The position numbers were made by a program, and so were the translations under genes. A stretch of 64,000 bases of DNA from Rhynchopus sp. YZ270_cl-10 (taxonomy: Eukaryota). The notes below the pieces were generated by a model. It did no database searches. It was not told the DNA's origin and saw only the letters and a list, made by a program, of their open reading frames with translations. Of this stretch, positions 21,598-33,045 are shown in pieces. The stretch spans positions 186,001 through 250,000 of the forward strand of contig OZ037842.1 in assembly GCA_964035575.1 (NCBI GenBank). The letters are read 5' to 3'. The stretch's first letter is position 1, and every line of letters begins with the position of its first letter.

Positions 21598-22198
21598 GGT
21601 CGATTTCAAAACCCCCCCCCCCCCCAAAAGTTCTTTTTTGTCTTTTTCATGATATAGGCAGTTTTTTTGCAGTCTGAGGTCCGGAACCGCCCCAAAAACG
21701 ATTTTCTGGGAGGTTTTGGGAGGTTTTGGGGCGAAATGGACCTTTTTTGACCATTTTTATGGTATTTTTAGGCTGTTTTTGGCCCTTCTTCTTACACAGC
21801 CTATTGGGGGTCAAAATAGCTATTTTTGACCAAAAAACATCAAATAAGCACCAAGAAAAGTGCCAAATGTGCCCAAAACAGGTCGGATTGGGCTCACAGC
21901 CCATTTTTGGGATATATTTGGGCCAACGGAGGCCTCCTGGCGTCAAATAAATTGTGTTTTTTGGTCAAAAATAGCTATTTTGACCCCCAATAGGCTGTGT
22001 AAGAAGAAGGGCCAAAAACAGCCTAAAAATACCATAAAAATGGTCAAAAAAGGTCCATTTCGCCCCAAAACCTCCCAAAACCTCCCAGAAAATCGTTTTT
22101 GGGGCGGTTCCGGACCTCAGACTGCAAAAAAACTGCCTATATCATGAAAAAGACAAAAAAGAACTTTTGGGGGGGGGGGGGGGGTTTTGAAATCGACC
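21598..22198. mobile_element. ~600-bp foldback element with ~245-bp inverted arms and 115-bp spacer
   Basis: 21592-21839 is the reverse complement of 21955-22204 except for the C14/G16 run. Flanked by duplicated CATATG; sibling repeats have a single CATATG. Confidence 0.92.
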
Positions 22199-24796
22199 CA
22201 TATGTAAAAAAAAGTGTAAAAGTAAAAGTAAAAGTAGTTTCGAGCTGCCTTAGGATAATATTTTCCATCGAAAGATGGAGTTGTCCACCAGCGTCGTCTC
22301 CTCTTTTTTTGAAGAAGAAGAGATCTTTTGTTTTTTGCTAATAAAAAGTAAGGTACAGCCAGTACACCTTTCCCTAATTGTGTAGGATAGACCTCGCTGC
22401 AGTAGCGGGCAATGGGCTGACTAAAAGTATTTCAACATACGCAATCAATAAATTGATAGCATAGGTATAGGGATCAACAAAAATGTTCTCAACTTTCTTC
22501 TTATTTTGGTATGTTTTGCAAAATATCAAAGAGAAAAGTAACATGTTTCGTGGATTAGTTTCTGACAACAACCCTGTTTCAGTCCAGAATCATACAGTTG
22601 GGTGGACATCTTCAGTGATTTCCCTTTAGATGGTGGGTGAATGTCGTGAAACCAAAAAAAAGTGTAAAAGTACAAGTGTAAAAAAGTGTAAAAGTATTTC
22701 ATGTACTTTCTTTTCTAAACGAAAAGAAGGGAAAGAGGGTGCGAAAAATGTACCCTTGCTCATATGGAAAAAAGTGTAAAAGTAAAAGTAAAAGTAGTTT
22801 CGAGCATCCTTAAGATAATATTTTCCATCGAAAGATGGAGTTGACCACCAGCGTCGTCTCCTCTTTTTTTGAATGAGAAATCTTTTGTTCTTTGCTAATA
22901 AAAAGTAGGGTACAGCCAGTACACCTTTCCCTAATTGTGTAGGATAGACCTCGCTGCAGTAGCGGGCAATGGGCTGACTGAAAGTATTTCAACATAATAT
23001 GATGCAATCAATAAATTGATAGCATAGGTATAGGGATCAACAAACATGTTCTCAACTTTCTTCTTATTTTGGTATGTTTTGCAAAATGTCAAAGAGAAAA
23101 GTAACAAAGTAACATGTTTCGTGGATTAGTTTCTGACAATAACCCTGTTTCAGTCCAGAATCATACAGTTGGGTGGACATCTTCAGTGATTTCCCTTTAG
23201 ATGGTGGGTGAATGTCGTGAAACCAAAAAGAGTGTAAAAGTACAAGTGTAAAAAAGTGTAAAAGTATTTCATATACTTTCTTTTCTAAACGAAAAGAAGG
23301 GAAAGAGGGTGCGAAAAATGTACCCTTGCTCATATGTAAAAAAAGTGTAAAAGTAAAAGTAAAAGTAGTTTCGAGCTGCCTGCTTCTATACTACCTTCTC
23401 GGCAGCATCTGGAGCAGGGTTCCTCTCCGAAAGTGGAAAGCAAAGAAAACTGTAGTTGTTGATGCAGGCACTTCCGACTGACCCACGTACGATGCCAGCC
23501 ATCAGGATGAAAGCACAAGTACCCTGCGGCCTACAACAGTAGATGTGGGGAGTCACAACATCTCTCTCTTGGCGTCCCATGTCTGTACTGACAGTTAGGC
23601 CGAAGTCCTGGCCTGACCGTTTGTCGCTGACTAATGCTCCGGGTGCGAGCACCCGTCATCGCATGGGGAAGACACGCCCAGCATTTATACCCTGCCAGGG
23701 TGTAACTTTGCATAGGAAAGGGGCAGGGGCGTTCACCCTGAGGACAAAGGGGAGAGTCCCGCATACCCAAGAAAAGAAATGAAAAGTTTGTAAGATGACC
23801 CTAAGCCTCTCGTGCTTAGTCACCTCATCATATTCGTTATCGCGGAGCAACATTTGCGCAGGCTTCCACAATAAAAGAAGAGGAAAGTAAAGAAAAACAG
23901 GGCCTTCAACCATCGACAAAGTCTGTCCACAGTTCTGTCGAAGTAAAAATGATTACGATTTTCTTTTCAATCGAAAGATGAAGTTTTGTCAACCGGAGTA
24001 AAAAAAAAGGTAAAAAACGTAAAAAAAAAACAAAAATATGCGAGATTCGTATTTCTAAGAATCTTATATTATTCATGTTTTTAGATGCTGATTGTTGAAG
24101 GGGAACGAAGGGTTGATGCAAAAAAAACGCACAATGACACACGCCTCAATAAAAGATTGAGAACTTCGCCCCCCGAGCGATTAATAGTCACTCCAGGAAG
24201 CGAAGAGTGCGGGAAAAAGGAACAAAAGCATCAGCGTTACTAGTGGAAAGGGAATAGCTGTTGATCCGACTGACCCACGTACGACGCCAGCCATCCCTGT
24301 GTGGACTAGTTAACCCGAAACAAAATAGAAACTAACTTCAGGAATAAAACGAAAATAATGAAAAACAGCTTTTCGTTTATCGCTCCGCAAGCTTGTGTTG
24401 TGTGTGATGAAAGCAGTGAGAAAACACAAGCTGGCAGAACGCACCTTCCGTCGTTTCTATTTCCTTTTGTCAAGTACCTTGATATACAGAAAAATACAGA
24501 ACATGGACGCAGCAGAGCTGCGATCCTTGAAGCGATGTGTCGTGCATCTCCTGCAAAGGGAGCGGGGAGTAGGAAAGGGGAGAGGGAAAGGGAGAGGGAG
24601 AGGGAACTACTGAAAGAGCCTCGAGGGAAATGCAGGTGAAGTGATTAATGCAGGCACCTCCGACTGACCCACCTACGCTGCCAGCCAGCCGGAATGAAAA
24701 GGGGTTCGATAACAGACATAAACTGCGCAACCCTTCTAATACAAGATGTGTATTGTGCACGTACGCATTCACTGTATGAGTAAGGGAATAGTGATA

Positions 24797-26857
24797 TCAA
24801 TTATCGTGGCTGTCGCTCTGGCTGTCGCTCTGGCTGTCGCTCTGGCTGTCGCTCTGGCTGTCGCTCTGGCTGTCGCTCTGGCTGTCGCTCTGGCTGTCGC
24901 TCTGGCTGTCGCTCTGGCTGTCGCTCTGGCTGTCGCTCTGGCTGTCGCTCTGGCTGTTGCTCTGGCTGTTGCTGTCCGAGTCACCGTTGCAGGGGGTCTC
25001 CTTCGTGGTTCTCACACCCTCAGACCCCACACAGTGACGGCACCAAAAGAAGTTCTTCGGGTCGTACTCCTGCTTCACCTCAAGCAGCCTTGCGTAGTTA
25101 TCACCCCAGTAGCGTTCCTGCCAGTTCTCCATTGTGTACGCCGACTCCGAGAAGTAGGAGTTGGCACCCAGAGAGTACCACGCATCAGTGTCGCCGTTGT
25201 CATCACCAAAGGTGGACATGTGCACTGCTGTGCGCATGCCTTCCGACATTGCTGTGCCGGCAAGCGCCTCTGGGGATCCGATCAGCCTGAAGGCCAGGAC
25301 AATGTACAGACCGCACCCGACACCGTCACGGCAGCGCTGCAACATGTTGTCGAGGCGTGCGTGCATGTTGCCGTTGGCGTAGTTTTCTCTCCCCACCAGG
25401 ACAGACGCGATGCCCAGCTGCCCAGGTTGGGGTGTCGCGCGAGTGGGGTCAATCGTGAACAGAGGGTTCGAGGGGAACAGGCTGAACTGGTCCGAAGACG
25501 TTTTCGGCGTGGATACCAAAAGCACGTCAGCAGCAGCTTGCAGCATGACGTCCCACGTCGTGATGTACTCCTGCTCCGTCTGCGCGCCCTGGTACGTAGT
25601 CTGCAGGAACACAGTCCAGCTCAAGCCACAGGACTCCGTCTGTGCACCAGGGAAGAAGACGAAGTCAACGGACCACTTCGCATTGGAAGCTGCAACCCAG
25701 TTGTGGAACGTAGTGAAGAGGTTGTGCAGGGAGTCGTACGAGCACATGTCTCCCATCCAGTACGTCTCAACAAACGTAATTCCCGTCGCAGGCACGTCGT
25801 ACAGCTTCGTGTACAGTGCAGTGACAACACCCCATGTGGACCCACCACCACCTCTCAGTGCAAAGAACAAGTCGGGGTGGTTCTCCTCGTCCACGTAGAC
25901 AAGTTCGCCGTTCGCAAGCACCATCTCCACTGCCAGGATCTGGTCAGCACCCAGTCCCTTGCTTGGTGCGAGAGGACCGTGTCCACCACCAAGGTGCCAG
26001 CCAACAACACCCACAGTGGTGCACCAGCCAGAGGGCATCATCTTGTTGTGGTCCTTCAGTGCGAAGAAGGCTTCTTCGAAGATGAGCCCTGCGCCAAGCC
26101 TGATGTTCCCCTCCGCGTGGCCAAGCCCACGAGAGTCGTCCACGTCCACGTCGACCTCCTTCAGGAAGGAGGTTCTGATCCAGAGCCCTGTATGTTGTGT
26201 TGTCAAGGATGACTGGCTAGGTGTGCATACCATTGTTGATGCTGTGTCGGTTGAGGTAGTCGTGTCCCGTACCTGCAACAGCAACACACAGGTTGTGCTT
26301 GCGTGCGAAGCGCACAGCAATCTGCACCTGCCTTGATGTGGTCGGCCACACAACAATCTTCGGGTTCCAGTCGTTGTACGGTTTGTTCTTGAGCGTGATC
26401 TTGCAGAACTGCGAGAAGTTGTCGACCAGGCACACCCCTTGTCTGTCCTCCTCAGCCTCCACGTACACGCCCTGCATATTCGGACCCTCTCCGTACAGGG
26501 GCTGGTTGGCAAACTCGCCCACAGCAAAGGGTGCCATACGAGGATGGCCGTCACCTCCCCACACAAGTTGTCTGTCGGAGTTGGTGCCTGTGCAAAGTGT
26601 TTGGTTGGAACAGTCAAAAGAGAACTTCAACAAAAAGCAGTGCAAAAGAAGTGTGCAGTGCAGTGTAGTGTAGTGTATGGGAATGGAAAGAAGAGCAGGT
26701 GGGAGAAGGACATACGTGCAAACTTCCGCGACAGCTTCGCCAGGTCGTGTGCATCTGGCCAGCAGGACTCACCCATGGTACAGCACCCATCCAGCTGCTC
26801 ACCAACCTGACCTGCAACCAGCTGCGACAGCGACAGCAGTGCTACTGTGCGCATCAT
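24797..26857 (-). CDS. Secreted BBE-like FAD-linked oxidase, type A copy 1 (exons 26857-26716, 26587-26231, 26187-24797; 629 aa)
   Basis: Removing GT-AG introns of 128 and 43 nt gives one 1890-nt frame. Signal peptide, CCxxGESCWP, GTGHD, GWCTTVGVVG, LGADQ, DLFFALRGGGGSTWGVVT and YWGDNYARLLEVKQEYDP. Confidence 0.92.
24809..24970 (-). repeat. Coding 12-bp tandem repeat (CAGAGCGACAGC) x12 encoding (QSDS)n
   Basis: Direct count: 12 perfect units from 24809 to 24952 plus variant units. Twelve units also in copy 2, eight in copy 3. Confidence 0.95.
26188..26230 (-). other. 43-nt spliceosomal intron 2 of type-A genes (also 31870-31912 and 37504-37546)
   Basis: GTATGC...CATACAG; removal restores HSINNGLWIRT, colinear with the intronless type-B HSINNNGLWIRT. 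Confidence 0.9.
26588..26715 (-). other. 128-nt intron 1 of type-A genes (also 32270-32397 and 37904-38031)
   Basis: GTATGT...TGCACAG, phase 1, same position as the type-B intron. Confidence 0.88.
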
Positions 26858-27363
26858 TTTCGAATGTGTTATTAAAATGTGAATCTGGTGAGGTGGTGTG
26901 TGCGAGGGTGTGAGGGGAGAAGGGAAGAAGGGTGCAGTACAAAAAAAACCATCCACAACAACAACTAGTCGCACGGTACTGAAGAAGTGTATCAAAGGAA
27001 AGGAGTAGTTTTCTCTGGGTGGAGTTATTAAAGAAAAAAAGAACACGTTTATCAGATGAGCTATCGCGGTGTGGGGTTGCTTCGTTTCCCTTCTTTATGG
27101 CTCGCTTTTTGCCAGCATCAGTCTTTTTGTGTGCTGTGTTTGCATGGGGTGTGGGGATGTGGTGGTCGGTGTTATAAAAGAAGCAAATAGCGGGTGGGTA
27201 CTGTTTTTTTTTTTGTGTTGTCATCGGTAACCCGATCGAGCGGCACGTTCACATGTTGTGAATGCAATTTCTGCACTCGAACAAAACACAGTCAAAAAAA
27301 ACGTGTGGTAATGTGGCGGGGCACACACCCTGATGGTATTTTCTGAAAGGAACGTCAAATGTT

Positions 27364-29063
27364 TAAGATAATATTTTCAATCGAAAGATGGAGTTGTCCA
27401 CCAGCGTCGTCTCCTCTTTTTTTGAATAAGAAATCTTTTGTTTTTTGCTAATAAAAAGTAGGGTACAGCCAGTACACCTTTCCCTAATTGTGTAGGATAG
27501 ACCTCGCTGCAGCAGCGGGCAATGGGCTGACTAAAAAGGTATTTCAACATAATATGATGCAATCAATAAATTGGTAGCATAGGTATAGGGATCAACAAAA
27601 ATGTTCTCAACTTTCTTTTTATTTTGGTATGTTTTGCAAAATGTCAAAGAGAAAAGTAACATGTTTCGTGGATTAGTTTCTGACAATAACCCTGTTTCAG
27701 TCCAGAATCATACAGTTGGGTGGACATCTTCAGTGATTTCCCTTTAGATGGTGGGTGAATGTCGTGAAACCAAAAAGAGTGTAAAAGTACAAGTGTAAAA
27801 AAGTGTAAAAGTATTTCATATACTTTCTTTTCTAAACGAAAAGAAGGGAAAGAGGGTGCGAAAAATGTACCCTTGCTCATATGTAAAAAAATGTAAAAGT
27901 AAAAGTAAAAGTAGTTTCGAGCTGCCTTAGGATAATATTTTCCATCGAAAGATGGAGTTTTTGTCCACCAGCGTCGTCTCCTCTTTTTTTTTTTTTGAAT
28001 AAGAGATCTTTTGTTCTTTGCTAATAAAAAGTAGGGTACAGCCAGTACACCTTTCCCTAATTGTGTAGGATAGACCTCGCTGCAGTAGCGGGCAATGGGC
28101 TGACTAAAAGTATTTCAACATACGCAATCAATAAATTGATGCATAGGTATAGGGATCAACAAAAATGTTCTCAACTTTCTTCTTATTTTGGTATGTTTTG
28201 CAAAATATCAAAGAGAAAAGTAACATGTTTCGTGGATTAGTTTCTGACAACAACCCTGTTTCAGTCCAGAATCATACAGTTGGGTGGACATCTTCAGTGA
28301 TTTCCCTTTAGATGGTGGGTGAATGTCGTGAAACCAAAAAAAAGTGTAAAAGTACAAGTGTAAAAAAGTGTAAAAGTATTTCATGTACTTTCTTTTCTAA
28401 ACGAAAAGAAGGGAAAGAGGGTGCGAAAAATGTACCCTTGCTCATATGGAAAAAAGTGTAAAAGTAAAAGTAAAAGTAGTTTCGAGCATCCTTAAGATAA
28501 TATTTTCCATCGAAAGATGGAGTTGACCACCAGCGTCGTCTCCTCTTTTTTTGAATGAGAAATCTTTTGTTCTTTGCTAATAAAAAGTAGGGTACAGCCA
28601 GTACACCTTTCCCTAATTGTGTAGGATAGACCTCGCTGCAGTAGCGGGCAATGGGCTGACTGAAAGTATTTCAACATAATATGATGCAATCAATAAATTG
28701 ATAGCATAGGTATAGGGATCAACAAACATGTTCTCAACTTTCTTCTTATTTTGGTATGTTTTGCAAAATGTCAAAGAGAAAAGTAACAAAGTAACATGTT
28801 TCGTGGATTAGTTTCTGACAATAACCCTGTTTCAGTCCAGAATCATACAGTTGGGTGGACATCTTCAGTGATTTCCCTTTAGATGGTGGGTGAATGTCGT
28901 GAAACCAAAAAGAGTGTAAAAGTACAAGTGTAAAAAAGTGTAAAAGTATTTCATATACTTTCTTTTCTAAACGAAAAGAAGGGAAAGAGGGTGCGAAAAA
29001 TGTACCCTTGCTCATATGTAAAAAAAGTGTAAAAGTAAAAGTAAAAGTAGTTTCGAGCTGCCT
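27364..29063. repeat. Three tandem copies of the ~565-bp repeat
   Basis: Units start at 27364, 27928 and 28493. Confidence 0.92.
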
Positions 29064-30478
29064 GCTTCTATACTACCTTCTCGGCAGCATCTGGAGCAGG
29101 GTTCCTCTCCGAAAGTGGAAAGCAAAGAAAACTGTAGTTGTTGATGCAGGCACTTCCGACTGACCCACGTACGATGCCAGCCATCAGGATGAAAGCACAA
29201 GTACCCTGCGGCCTACAACAGTAGATGTGGGGAGTCACAACATCTCTCTCTTGGCGTCCCATGTCTGTACTGACAGTTAGGCCGAAGTCCTGGCCTGACC
29301 GTTTGTCGCTGACTAATGCTCCGGGTGCGAGCACCCGTCATCGCATGGGGAAGACACGCCCAGCATTTATACCCTGCCAGGGTGTAACTTTGCATAGGAA
29401 AGGGGCAGGGGCGTTCACCCTGAGGACAAAGGGGAGAGTCCCGCATACCCAAGAAAAGAAATGAAAAGTTTGTAAGATGACCCTAAGCCTCTCGTGCTTA
29501 GTCACCTCATCATATTCGTTATCGCGGAGCAACATTTGCGCAGGCTTCCACAATAAAAGAAGAGGAAAGTAAAGAAAAACAGGGCCTTCAACCATCGACA
29601 AAGTCTGTCCACAGTTCTGTCGAAGTAAAAATGATTACGATTTTCTTTTCAATCGAAAGATGAAGTTTTGTCAACCGGAGTAAAAAAAAAGGTAAAAAAC
29701 GTAAAAAAAAAACAAAAATATGCGAGATTCGTATTTCTAAGAATCTTATATTATTCATGTTTTTAGATGCTGATTGTTGAAGGGGAACGAAGGGTTGATG
29801 CAAAAAAAACGCACAATGACACACGCCTCAATAAAAGATTGAGAACTTCGCCCCCCGAGCGATTAATAGTCACTCCAGGAAGCGAAGAGTGCGGGAAAAA
29901 GGAACAAAAGCATCAGCGTTACTAGTGGAAAGGGAATAGCTGTTGATCCGACTGACCCACGTACGACGCCAGCCATCCCTGTGTGGACTAGTTAACCCGA
30001 AACAAAATAGAAACTAACTTCAGGAATAAAACGAAAATAATGAAAAACAGCTTTTCGTTTATCGCTCCGCAAGCTTGTGTTGTGTGTGATGAAAGCAGTG
30101 AGAAAACACAAGCTGGCAGAACGCACCTTCCGTCGTTTCTATTTCCTTTTGTCAAGTACCTTGATATACAGAAAAATACAGAACATGGACGCAGCAGAGC
30201 TGCGATCCTTGAAGCGATGTGTCGTGCATCTCCTGCAAAGGGAGCGGGGAGTAGGAAAGGGGAGAGGGAAAGGGAGAGGGAGAGGGAACTACTGAAAGAG
30301 CCTCGAGGGAAATGCAGGTGAAGTGATTAATGCAGGCACCTCCGACTGACCCACCTACGCTGCCAGCCAGCCGGAATGAAAAGGGGTTCGATAACAGACA
30401 TAAACTGCGCAACCCTTCTAATACAAGATGTGTATTGTGCACGTACGCATTCACTGTATGAGTAAGGGAATAGTGATA

Positions 30479-32539
30479 TCAATTATCGTGGCTGTCGCTC
30501 TGGCTGTCGCTCTGGCTGTCGCTCTGGCTGTCGCTCTGGCTGTCGCTCTGGCTGTCGCTCTGGCTGTCGCTCTGGCTGTCGCTCTGGCTGTCGCTCTGGC
30601 TGTCGCTCTGGCTGTCGCTCTGGCTGTCGCTCTGGCTGTTGCTCTGGCTGTTGCTGTCCGAGTCACCGTTGCAGGGGGTCTCCTTCGTGGTTCTCACACC
30701 CTCAGACCCCACACAGTGACGGCACCAAAAGAAGTTCTTCGGGTCGTACTCCTGCTTCACCTCAAGCAGCCTTGCGTAGTTATCACCCCAGTAGCGTTCC
30801 TGCCAGTTCTCCATTGTGTACGCCGACTCCGAGAAGTAGGAGTTGGCACCCAGAGAGTACCACGCATCAGTGTCGCCGTTGTCATCACCAAAGGTGGACA
30901 TGTGCACTGCTGTGCGCATGCCTTCCGACATTGCTGTGCCGGCAAGCGCCTCTGGGGATCCGATCAGCCTGAAGGCCAGGACAATGTACAGACCGCACCC
31001 GACACCGTCACGGCAGCGCTGCAACATGTTGTCGAGGCGTGCGTGCATGTTGCCGTTGGCGTAGTTTTCTCTCCCCACCAGGACAGACGCGATGCCCAGC
31101 TGCCCAGGTTGGGGTGTCGCGCGAGTGGGGTCAATCGTGAACAGAGGGTTCGAGGGGAACAGGCTGAACTGGTCCGAAGACGTTTTCGGCGTGGATACCA
31201 AAAGCACGTCAGCAGCAGCTTGCAGCATGACGTCCCACGTCGTGATGTACTCCTGCTCCGTCTGCGCGCCCTGGTACGTAGTCTGCAGGAACACAGTCCA
31301 GCTCAAGCCACAGGACTCCGTCTGTGCACCAGGGAAGAAGACGAAGTCAACGGACCACTTCGCATTGGAAGCTGCAACCCAGTTGTGGAACGTAGTGAAG
31401 AGGTTGTGCAGGGAGTCGTACGAGCACATGTCTCCCATCCAGTACGTCTCAACAAACGTAATTCCCGTCGCAGGCACGTCGTACAGCTTCGTGTACAGTG
31501 CAGTGACAACACCCCATGTGGACCCACCACCACCTCTCAGTGCAAAGAACAAGTCGGGGTGGTTCTCCTCGTCCACGTAGACAAGTTCGCCGTTCGCAAG
31601 CACCATCTCCACTGCCAGGATCTGGTCAGCACCCAGTCCCTTGCTTGGTGCGAGAGGACCGTGTCCACCACCAAGGTGCCAGCCAACAACACCCACAGTG
31701 GTGCACCAGCCAGAGGGCATCATCTTGTTGTGGTCCTTCAGTGCGAAGAAGGCTTCTTCGAAGATGAGCCCTGCGCCAAGCCTGATGTTCCCCTCCGCGT
31801 GGCCAAGCCCACGAGAGTCGTCCACGTCCACGTCGACCTCCTTCAGGAAGGAGGTTCTGATCCAGAGCCCTGTATGTTGTGTTGTCAAGGATGACTGGCT
31901 AGGTGTGCATACCATTGTTGATGCTGTGTCGGTTGAGGTAGTCGTGTCCCGTACCTGCAACAGCAACACACAGGTTGTGCTTGCGTGCGAAGCGCACAGC
32001 AATCTGCACCTGCCTTGATGTGGTCGGCCACACAACAATCTTCGGGTTCCAGTCGTTGTACGGTTTGTTCTTGAGCGTGATCTTGCAGAACTGCGAGAAG
32101 TTGTCGACCAGGCACACCCCTTGTCTGTCCTCCTCAGCCTCCACGTACACGCCCTGCATATTCGGACCCTCTCCGTACAGGGGCTGGTTGGCAAACTCGC
32201 CCACAGCAAAGGGTGCCATACGAGGATGGCCGTCACCTCCCCACACAAGTTGTCTGTCGGAGTTGGTGCCTGTGCAAAGTGTTTGGTTGGAACAGTCAAA
32301 AGAGAACTTCAACAAAAAGCAGTGCAAAAGAAGTGTGCAGTGCAGTGTAGTGTAGTGTATGGGAATGGAAAGAAGAGCAGGTGGGAGAAGGACATACGTG
32401 CAAACTTCCGCGACAGCTTCGCCAGGTCGTGTGCATCTGGCCAGCAGGACTCACCCATGGTACAGCACCCATCCAGCTGCTCACCAACCTGACCTGCAAC
32501 CAGCTGCGACAGCGACAGCAGTGCTACTGTGCGCATCAT
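30479..32539 (-). CDS. BBE-like FAD oxidase, type A copy 2 (629 aa, 3 exons)
   Basis: Identical translation to copy 1 at offset +5682. Confidence 0.92.
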
Positions 32540-33045
32540 TTTCGAATGTGTTATTAAAATGTGAATCTGGTGAGGTGGTGTGTGCGAGGGTGTGAGGGGA
32601 GAAGGGAAGAAGGGTGCAGTACAAAAAAAACCATCCACAACAACAACTAGTCGCACGGTACTGAAGAAGTGTATCAAAGGAAAGGAGTAGTTTTCTCTGG
32701 GTGGAGTTATTAAAGAAAAAAAGAACACGTTTATCAGATGAGCTATCGCGGTGTGGGGTTGCTTCGTTTCCCTTCTTTATGGCTCGCTTTTTGCCAGCAT
32801 CAGTCTTTTTGTGTGCTGTGTTTGCATGGGGTGTGGGGATGTGGTGGTCGGTGTTATAAAAGAAGCAAATAGCGGGTGGGTACTGTTTTTTTTTTTGTGT
32901 TGTCATCGGTAACCCGATCGAGCGGCACGTTCACATGTTGTGAATGCAATTTCTGCACTCGAACAAAACACAGTCAAAAAAAACGTGTGGTAATGTGGCG
33001 GGGCACACACCCTGATGGTATTTTCTGAAAGGAACGTCAAATGTT

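Larger units (their letters stand above)
20561..23381. repeat. Three tandem copies of a ~565-bp repeat; first copy interrupted by two insertions
   Basis: Units start TA(A/G)GATAATATTTTC at 20561, 22251 and 22811, and end with (GTAAAA)n...GTTTCGAGC. Confidence 0.92.

Noticed and set aside
21647..22147. Mirror ORFs on opposite strands with identical C-termini
   Set aside because: Artefact of the foldback inverted repeat.
23474..23503. Resemblance of GATGGCTGGCATCGT to the HDV ribozyme 5' end
   Set aside because: Only 11 nt between the stem strands, too short to hold P2/P3; kept only as a simple motif.
24769..24984. (ARAT)n and (ALAV)n ORFs
   Set aside because: Alternative frames of the 12-bp coding repeat.
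26188..26645. Apparent frameshift or pseudogene in type-A genes (142-aa and 606-aa ORFs in different frames)
   Set aside because: Fully explained by a canonical 43-nt GT-AG intron.
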